Below are positions 26,620-34,260 of a stretch of DNA of 34,260 nt, piece after piece (position 1 is the stretch's first letter; every line of letters begins with the position of its first letter). Where the stretch lies: positions 1-34,260 of the forward strand of contig CANKOL010000010.1 in NCBI GenBank assembly GCA_947483975.1, written 5' to 3'. The DNA is from Sandaracinaceae bacterium. Lineage in GTDB: Bacteria > Myxococcota_A > Polyangia > Polyangiales > JADJQN01. The notes below the pieces were generated by a model, which did no database searches, was not told where the DNA came from, and worked only from the letters and a program-made list of their open reading frames with translations. A program made the position numbers and the translations under genes.

Positions 26620-26663
26620 AAAAGACGACGGCGGCGCGAGAGGAGTCCCGCACCGCCGCTGCC
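26620..26663 (-). terminator. Rho-independent terminator after ftsZ
   Basis: Minus strand reads GGCAGCGGCGGTGCGGGA-CTCC-TCTCGCGCCGCCGTCGTC-TTTT. Confidence 0.65.
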
Positions 26664-26696
26664 TTACACACAGGGGAAGGGGCGCTTATTCCGTGC

Positions 26697-27977
26697 TCAC
26701 TCCTGCGCGGGAGCGCCGCGGCGGAGGTACGCGGGGATGTCGAGCACAGCCTCGTCGTCGAGCGCGGCCGCACCGAACGCGCGGTTCATGCGAGCGCTCG
26801 GCATCATCACCTGCTGCGGAGGCAGCGTGGCGCGCGTCGCGCGGGCGGGAACGGTCGCGGGTGCGGGCGGAATGCTCGACCCGCGCGGCATCTCGCGAAG
26901 CCCGTAGGTCGAGGGCACCGAGACGCGGCCGGGGGACTGCTTCGGCGCCTGCGTCGGGAGGCTGATGGTCCTCGCGCGCGGAGCCTCGATGACCTCGTCG
27001 CTCGTGCGCGCATCGTCGTCGAAGCCCGTGGCGATGACGGTGACCTTCACCATATCGCCCATGTCTGGGTCGATGACGGTGCCGAAGATGATGTTCGCAT
27101 CCTCGTGCGCGGCCTGCTGGACGAGCGACGCGGCCTCGTTGATCTCACGCAGCTTCATGTCGGGTCCGCCCGTGAAGTTGATGAGAATGCCGCTCGCGCC
27201 TTCCATCGACACATCATCGAGGAGGGGGGAGTGAATGGCCATCTCGGCGGCGTCGGTCGCGCGGCGGGCGCCCTTGCCCCAGCCGGTGCCCATCAGCGCG
27301 CGGCCCATGCCGCTCATGATCGTCTTCACGTCGGCGAAGTCGACGTTGATCATGCCGGGATTGACGATGAGATCGCTGATGCCGCGGACGGCCTGCACGA
27401 GCACGTCGTCGGCCCGGCGGAACGCCTCGAGCATCGACATGTCGTCGTCGGCGAGCGCGATCAGCTTCTGGTTCGGGATCGTGATGATCGTGTCGACCGA
27501 GTCGGCCAGCTCGCGGATCGCGGCGTCCGCGTTCTTCATGCGGCGCTTGCCCTCGAACAGGAACGGCTTGGTGACGACGCCCACCGTGAGCGCGCCCTGA
27601 TCACGCGCGATCTGCGCGATGATCGGCGCCGCGCCGCTGCCCGTGCCGCCGCCCATGCCGGCGGTGACGAAGACCATGTCGGCGCCCTGCAGCGCCTCGG
27701 CGATGCGCTGCACGTCCTCGAGCGCAGCCTTGCGACCGACGTCGGGATTCGCGCCCGCGCCGAGCCCCTTGGTCAGGTTCGGTCCGAGGTGAATCTTCGT
27801 CGCCGCGAGGTTCGACGCGAGCGCCTGAACATCGGTGTTGCCGGCGATGAACTCCACTCCATCGAGGGAGCTCGAGATCATGGTGTTCAGCGCATTGCCG
27901 CCACCTCCGCCAACGCCGATGACCTTGATTCGCGCGTGCATGTCCGCGTCGTCCGCATACTCGATCGAGATAGCCAT
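26697..27977 (-). CDS. ftsZ: Cell division GTPase FtsZ
   Basis: [42 protein letters not shown]-terminal [16 protein letters not shown]. Confidence 0.98.
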   Translation of the reverse strand: MAISIEYADDADMHARIKVIGVGGGGGNALNTMISSSLDGVEFIAGNTDVQALASNLAATKIHLGPNLTKGLGAGANPDVGRKAALEDVQRIAEALQGADMVFVTAGMGGGTGSGAAPIIAQIARDQGALTVGVVTKPFLFEGKRRMKNADAAIRELADSVDTIITIPNQKLIALADDDMSMLEAFRRADDVLVQAVRGISDLIVNPGMINVDFADVKTIMSGMGRALMGTGWGKGARRATDAAEMAIHSPLLDDVSMEGASGILINFTGGPDMKLREINEAASLVQQAAHEDANIIFGTVIDPDMGDMVKVTVIATGFDDDARTSDEVIEAPRARTISLPTQAPKQSPGRVSVPSTYGLREMPRGSSIPPAPATVPARATRATLPPQQVMMPSARMNRAFGAAALDDEAVLDIPAYLRRGAPAQE

Positions 27978-28083
27978 CGCCGTCCTCCCGGTGGGGAATG
28001 CCCCAATACGTGCCTGAATGTTCGCCTCGCGCTGGATCGCCCCCGGCGCGCGACGAGTCGAAAAAACTCAGAGCCCTACGAGG

Positions 28084-29328
28084 TCAGAAGACCTCTTTGA
28101 TCCAGTTGCCGAGCTTGCGGCCCCAACCGCTGTTCGGCGCGCCCGGCATGACGACCACGTCGGCCGGTACGACGATGCGCGGTGCGTGGCGGAGCTTGCT
28201 CGCGCCGTATTTCACGAGGCCGACGCCCGTCGCATACGCGGGGCTCTTGACCACATCGCTGAGGCCGCCGACGTCCGTCGGCATCCCGCGGCGCACCGGC
28301 AGCTCGAGCACTTGCTCGGCGATCTCGGGCATTCCGTCGAGCATCGTGGAGCCGCCGGTGATGACGACGCCCGCCGCGAGCATGTCGGCGAAGCCCGTCT
28401 CGTGGATGACGTGTCGAACGGCCGCGAAGATCTCCTCGACGCGCGGCTCGATGATCTGACAGAGCACGTGCCGCGGCAGGACGCGCGGGACACGACCGCC
28501 GACCGACGGGACCTCGATGGTCTCCTCCTCGTCGACGAGCGAGGTCGAGGCGCAGCCGTACTTGATCTTGATGCGCTCGGCCTCTGCGACCGGCGTGCGC
28601 AAGCCCTGCGCGATGTCGTTCGTGAGGTTGAGCCCGCCGAGCGGCACGACCGAGGTGTGCACGACGGCGCCATTGACGAAGATGATGACGTCCGTCGTGC
28701 CGCCGCCGATGTCGACCAGCGCGACGCCGATCTCCTTCTCGTCGTCGGAGAGGACCGCGTCGGCGGACGCGAGGGGCTCGAGCACGACCTCGGCCACGTG
28801 CAGGCCGCAGCGCTCTGCGCACTTGATGATGTTCTGCACGCTCGTCGTCGCGGCGGTGACGATGTGCACGCGCGCCTCGAGGCGCACGCCGCTCATCCCG
28901 ATGGGCTCGCGGATGCCGTCCTGATCGTCGACGAGGTACTCCTGCGGGAGCACGTGCAGCACCTGCCGGTCGGCCGGCAGCGGGAAGGCCTTGGCCTGCA
29001 CGAGCACGCGCGCGACGTCGTCGGCGACGACCTCACGGTTCGGGATCGCGGCGACGCCGTCCTTGTTGAAGCCGCGGACGTGCGAGCCGGCGACGCCAGC
29101 GTAGACGGTGCTGATGTGGCAGCCGGCCATCGTCTCGGCCTGCTCGATCGCAGCCTTGATGGCCTGCACGGTCGCCTCGATGTTGACGACGACGCCCTTC
29201 TTCAGGCCCTTCGACGGCACCGAGCCGATGCCGATGATGTCGAGCCCGTCGTCGGTCAGTTCGGCGACGATGGCACACACCTTCGTCGTGCCGAGGTCGA
29301 GCCCTGCGATGATCTCGTTGTCCGCCAT
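28084..29328 (-). CDS. ftsA: Cell division protein FtsA
   Basis: GLDLGTTKV, GLKKGVVVNIE, PIGMSGVRLE, LEPLASA, VDIGGGTTD, AERIKIKYG, ITGGS, YATGVGL, C-terminal amphipathic WIKEVF. Start at ATG 29328. Confidence 0.97.
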   Translation of the reverse strand: MADNEIIAGLDLGTTKVCAIVAELTDDGLDIIGIGSVPSKGLKKGVVVNIEATVQAIKAAIEQAETMAGCHISTVYAGVAGSHVRGFNKDGVAAIPNREVVADDVARVLVQAKAFPLPADRQVLHVLPQEYLVDDQDGIREPIGMSGVRLEARVHIVTAATTSVQNIIKCAERCGLHVAEVVLEPLASADAVLSDDEKEIGVALVDIGGGTTDVIIFVNGAVVHTSVVPLGGLNLTNDIAQGLRTPVAEAERIKIKYGCASTSLVDEEETIEVPSVGGRVPRVLPRHVLCQIIEPRVEEIFAAVRHVIHETGFADMLAAGVVITGGSTMLDGMPEIAEQVLELPVRRGMPTDVGGLSDVVKSPAYATGVGLVKYGASKLRHAPRIVVPADVVVMPGAPNSGWGRKLGNWIKEVF

Positions 29329-29467
29329 GGAATGTCGCCCCGTCTCGGTGTCGGCCGTTCGAGCGCCGTCCACGCACCAATACACAGGGGCGATCCAAGT
29401 CAGCAAATTTCCGGCAGAGGTTTCTTGCGCGAGCGGGCACAATTCCGAACGAAAAGCGCCGTTCTCG

Positions 29468-31018
<1,551 letters not shown>

Positions 31019-31100
31019 GAGTGTCGGTCATGCACGCGTGGGGTCAAGAGGCGCCCTGACGTGGGTGCCGCGCACGAGCGCCCATGGCACGCTCGGCGCC

Positions 31101-31877
31101 GTGCTGAAGCGCCTGCTCGACGGCTACGATCGACGAAGCCTCGCGTCGCTCGGCGTGCTCTTCGGGGGCTACTTCCTCGTGTGGCTGCGCTTCCCGTGGC
31201 TCGTCGATCTGCACGCGCCGTTCGACCCGCTGCTGGTGCTGACGTGGGGCTTCATGACGGCGGCGCTCGCGTGGGGAGTCTCGCCGCGGCGCGACGTGGT
31301 GCGCGCGCTCGTGGGGCTCGCCGGCGGGCTCTGCATCGAGGGCTGGGGCACGATCGCCAAGCTCTGGACGTACTGGACGCACGAGCGTCCGCCCCTCTGG
31401 ATCATCCCGGCGTGGGCCGTGGCGGGGCTCGCGATCGATCGCATCGCGCGCTTTCTCCGGCCGTCGCTCGGCCCCGCGTCGGAGCGGATGGCGACGCCGA
31501 TCTTGCTCGCGTTCGCGGCGTGGTTCGCGTGGTTCGCGCGCGGCTCGCTGCCGCACCCCGCGACGCTCGCTGCCTTCGGCGCGATGGTCGCGGTGCCGCT
31601 GCTCCCCGGGAATCGACGCGAGGATCTCGCGCTCTTCGTCGGTGGCAGCGCGCTCGGCATCTGTCTCGAGACCTGGGGCACGACGCACTACGTCTGGGTC
31701 TACGTCACGAAGGAGACGCCGCCGCTCGAGGCGGTGCTCGCGCACGGCTTCGCAGCCGTGGCGTTTCAGCGCGCGGCAGGGCTCATCGATCGCGCGCTCG
31801 ACGCGATGGCGGCGCGACACAAGAACGAGGCGTCCAAGACCAGACCGAGAGCGAGCGCGCCCGCAGCGGCCGACTGA
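31101..31877 (+). CDS. Polytopic membrane protein with internally duplicated E-x-WGT-x4-W-x-Y-x-T/x-x-E-x-PPL motif
   Basis: Hydrophobic helices and two repeats, IEGWGTIAKLWTYWTHERPPL and LETWGTTHYVWVYVTKETPPL. Start uncertain (GTG 31101 or 31038). Confidence 0.7.
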   Translation: MLKRLLDGYDRRSLASLGVLFGGYFLVWLRFPWLVDLHAPFDPLLVLTWGFMTAALAWGVSPRRDVVRALVGLAGGLCIEGWGTIAKLWTYWTHERPPLWIIPAWAVAGLAIDRIARFLRPSLGPASERMATPILLAFAAWFAWFARGSLPHPATLAAFGAMVAVPLLPGNRREDLALFVGGSALGICLETWGTTHYVWVYVTKETPPLEAVLAHGFAAVAFQRAAGLIDRALDAMAARHKNEASKTRPRASAPAAAD

Positions 31878-31948
31878 GGAATACTCACGTATTCCGCAGG
31901 GAGGGCGCGAGGACGTAAGCCGCTATCGGGCGGTCTTCGACGCATCGT
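31825..31948 (-). mobile_element. MITE-like fold-back repeat element, copy 2 (124 bp)
   Basis: The reverse complement of 31842-31931 aligns ungapped with 3936-4025 at 74/90 nt. Its own terminal arms ACGAGGCGTCCAAGACC (31825-31841) and GGTCTTCGACGCATCGT (31932-31948) match 15/17. Perfect inner hairpin GGAATAC-GTGA-GTATTCC. Confidence 0.7.
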
Positions 31949-33342
31949 CAGCCTCGAGCAGCGACGACCGTGATCTCGTCGCGGTCGTGATAAAGCTGGC
32001 GCATTCGGATGCGCGTCCAGCCGCCCTCGGCGAGGACCTCGCGGAGGCGAATCACCATCTCCGCTTTGCGCTTCATCGGCAGCTTGAGGTTCGCGACGAG
32101 CATCCGAGCCCAGTGGCGACGGGCCCACTTCGCCAGGAGCGCGGCGGCCTCGAGCGGGCGCCAAGCCATGTCGCAGAAGAGCCAGTCGACCGTCTCGTCG
32201 GGCTCGAAGGTGAAGGCGCTCTCTTGCACGTGCCGCAGCCCGCGGCGCTCGTAGAGGTCGGGGCGTAGCTTCGCCGGGTCGACGGCGATCACGCGCGCGC
32301 GCTTCTCGAGCAGCACCCAGGACCAGCCGCCGGGCGCCGCGCCGAGGTCGACGCACGACTCGCCTGGGCTCGGCTGCGCGCCGAGGAGCGCGAGCGCCTC
32401 CTCGACCTTGCGCGCCGCGCGGGACGGCTTGCCCGCGCCGACGCGCATCCGCGCGCGCCCACCCGGGAACGGCGAGTGCGCTTGTACGAGGGGCGTACCA
32501 CCGACGAACGCGCGCCCCGGCTGATCGAGCGCGAGCTGGATCAGGTGCCCGCCCTCGCGGCGCAGCGAGTCGGTCGAGGCGAGCCGCGCGCTCGTCGCCG
32601 GGTTCGCGGACAGGCGCGCGCAGACCGCAGCCTCGAGCGCATCGGCGACGCCTGCGCCGAGGTTGCCGTCGTCGGTGTCCGGCACCCAAGCCTGAACCGC
32701 GAAGCGCACGCCGAGCGGGAGCGCGCGCACGACGAGCGCCGCGGCGCTGTCGGCGAGCGCGTCCCCTTCGCCGAACGCGAGCCCCTCGATCGGGAAGCCC
32801 TGGCGCGCGAAGGTCGGCTCGTAGTCGCCGAGCGGGTGAGACACGACGAGGGCGCGGTCGAGCACGCGCGGGTTGCTCTTGGGCGCGACGAGCTCGAGTT
32901 CTTCCCAGAGGTCGTGCTCGGAGCCGTCGCGCGTCGTCCAGAGCCACTCCCCGCGGATCGGGTTGCGGTCCGACTTACGCGGCGGACCTAGACGCACGGG
33001 CTCGGGGAGGTCGCTCTCCGCGGGTCGCTGCGCGCGCTCCTTCGCAGGGCGGCCGAGCGGCGCCATACGCGTCGAGCGCTCGTGCTTGGAAGCGCGCGCC
33101 GGTTGCGCGCTACGGGCCTGCCGCGAGGGCTGTGCAGACTTTCCCTGATGCGCAGACTTCCCGGAAGACGACGGTTTGCCCGGATGTGCTGGCTTGCCGG
33201 CACGTGCGGGCTTGCCCTGCTGAGCGGGTTTGCCGGGGCGGGCTGGCTTACCGGAACTGGCTGGCTTGCCGGGGCGCGCGGGCTTGCCGGGGCGCGCGGG
33301 CCTGCCTGGCGCGCTGTGACTGGGGCGAGGAACGCGGGCCAC
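31948..33342 (-). CDS. rlmM: 23S rRNA (C2498-2'-O)-methyltransferase RlmM-like, with N-terminal repeat extension
   Basis: PTFARQ, PSRAARKVEEA, VDLGAAPGGWSW, AVD, DWLFCDM, NLKLPMK, QLYHDRDEITV. Confidence 0.88.
   Translation of the reverse strand: MARVPRPSHSAPGRPARPGKPARPGKPASSGKPARPGKPAQQGKPARAGKPAHPGKPSSSGKSAHQGKSAQPSRQARSAQPARASKHERSTRMAPLGRPAKERAQRPAESDLPEPVRLGPPRKSDRNPIRGEWLWTTRDGSEHDLWEELELVAPKSNPRVLDRALVVSHPLGDYEPTFARQGFPIEGLAFGEGDALADSAAALVVRALPLGVRFAVQAWVPDTDDGNLGAGVADALEAAVCARLSANPATSARLASTDSLRREGGHLIQLALDQPGRAFVGGTPLVQAHSPFPGGRARMRVGAGKPSRAARKVEEALALLGAQPSPGESCVDLGAAPGGWSWVLLEKRARVIAVDPAKLRPDLYERRGLRHVQESAFTFEPDETVDWLFCDMAWRPLEAAALLAKWARRHWARMLVANLKLPMKRKAEMVIRLREVLAEGGWTRIRMRQLYHDRDEITVVAARG
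33094..33309 (-). repeat. Coding tandem repeat, 12 x 18 bp (xGKPAx hexapeptide)
   Basis: PGRPAR PGKPAR PGKPAS SGKPAR PGKPAQ QGKPAR AGKPAH PGKPSS SGKSAH QGKSAQ PSRQAR SAQPAR. Confidence 0.85.
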
Positions 33343-33346
33343 GGCG

Positions 33347-34260
33347 TCAGTTCCCGCCGTGCAGCGCGAGGACGGGCGGCGCCTCGGGCAGCGGATCGCC
33401 GACGAGTCGCACGGTCACGCGGTCGGGATGCCGCACGTTGTCGAGGTAGACGTACACGGCCTGCTGGTGCTCCTGCGCGAGGCGATCGAGGACGCGGCGA
33501 AAGCGCGCGAGCTTTTCCCGGAAGGGCGCGCGACCGAGGCGCGCATAGAGCGCGTCGTCGCCGACGTAGAGCGAGAGCCCGCCGGTGGACTCGACGTGCA
33601 CCTCGCCGATCGGCGCGCGCGCGACGAGGCCAGCGCCGCGCCAATCGTGCAGCAGCGCGACGACCTCGAGCAGGAGCGAGGTGCGGTACGCGAGGTCCGA
33701 CGTGAAGCGCTCGCGCTCGACGCCGGTGATCACGGGCAGGTCGACGGGGTCCGTCGGTCCGACGCGCTTGAAGACCGCGCCGTCCTCGGCGACGAGGTAG
33801 AGCGCGCCGAGCACGAGCACCGCGACCGCGTGCCGCTCGCGCACGTGCACGACGAACGTCCCGGGGAGGCGCCGCTCGACGTGCGCGGCGACGATCCACG
33901 GGTGCGCGAGGAGGCGCTCTTCCGCCGCCTCCGGGCTGATCTCGAACGAGTTCTGGCCCGGGCGCAGCCCCGACGCGGCGAGCACCTCGACGGTCGTCAG
34001 GCGCTCGTTGCCGTCGATGGTGACGGTGCGCGTCGCGAAGGCGGGCGAGGTGCGGACGTGCCGCTCGACGAGGCGGGCGAGCGCGATGGTGCCGCCGGTG
34101 CAGGCGAGCACGACGAGCACGCGGGCGAGGACGTTCGCGGGGCGCGCGAGGCGAGCACCGAAGACGCGCGCGCGAAGCCGCAGCGCCGACACGGACTCGC
34201 GGAGCGAGGGGCGAGGCTCGCGCGGCGCGGCTGCTGCGGGGGGAACGGTGGCTCTCGAGG
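33347..34260 (-). CDS. ftsQ: Cell division protein FtsQ/DivIB (5' end probably beyond right edge)
   Basis: TM helix, then a POTRA domain (F...VTIDGNERL...LLAHPWI..A.VERRLPGT..VHVRER), LYLVAEDG.VF and DLPVITG. The frame stays open upstream of GTG 34192 to the window edge. Confidence 0.9.
   Translation of the reverse strand, partial: SRATVPPAAAAPREPRPSLRESVSALRLRARVFGARLARPANVLARVLVVLACTGGTIALARLVERHVRTSPAFATRTVTIDGNERLTTVEVLAASGLRPGQNSFEISPEAAEERLLAHPWIVAAHVERRLPGTFVVHVRERHAVAVLVLGALYLVAEDGAVFKRVGPTDPVDLPVITGVERERFTSDLAYRTSLLLEVVALLHDWRGAGLVARAPIGEVHVESTGGLSLYVGDDALYARLGRAPFREKLARFRRVLDRLAQEHQQAVYVYLDNVRHPDRVTVRLVGDPLPEAPPVLALHGGN

Noticed and set aside
26485..26696. Possible tRNA or riboswitch in the longest intergenic region
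   Set aside because: No cloverleaf, T-loop or riboswitch consensus was recognisable. The region is explained by the ftsZ terminator and a promoter-like AT-rich patch.
4973..29442. ORF-track N-terminal extensions of pckG (4973), sdhA (11213), atoE (19685), the 18546 hypothetical (17673), hisC (18509), the lipoprotein (23232) and ftsA (29442)
   Set aside because: The extensions overlap neighbouring genes or promoter spacers. Family homology and SD/-10 signals begin at the downstream starts used in the feature list.
33094..33309. Periodic repeats as a possible CRISPR array
   Set aside because: The period is 18 bp with no unique spacers, the repeats are in frame within a CDS, and there are no cas genes.

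Overview
Very GC-rich chromosomal segment, most likely from a myxobacterium (Polyangia/Sandaracinaceae-like). This is inferred from a Pkn-type Ser/Thr kinase, a TIGR02265/V4R-like protein, GTP-type PEPCK and a 3-subunit Sdh. It holds about 29 densely packed CDSs. Left to right: a partial gene with a phage baseplate-hub (T4 gp26)-like pattern, a membrane-anchored hypothetical, a RamB/PrpR (ScfR)-type regulator divergent from a CitE/malyl-CoA-lyase-family enzyme, an orphan N6-adenine DNA methyltransferase, pckG, a DUF2325-like multidomain protein, kamA, sdhCAB, a Ser/Thr kinase, dedA, an S66 LD-carboxypeptidase, an AtoE transporter, a hypothetical plus hisC, a DUF2254-like protein, a V4R-like/beta-barrel/lipoprotein trio, a 'headless' CCA-enzyme HD protein, an M23 peptidase, and the end of the dcw cluster (ftsQ...ftsA-ftsZ), which is split by rlmM, a membrane protein and a DUF362 protein. 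The most notable non-coding signal is a ~122-124 bp fold-back element present twice, about 28 kb apart (3920-4041 on +, 31825-31948 on -). The copies share a 90-nt core (74/90 identical, ungapped) but have different, self-complementary terminal arms, and each starts at a TGA stop codon. A third, smaller palindromic unit is also bracketed by TGA (7098-7165). Several genes have a -10 box almost abutting the start codon, which suggests leaderless mRNAs. No rRNA, tRNA, CRISPR array or transposase was seen. All family calls come from motif recognition by eye, not from database searches.
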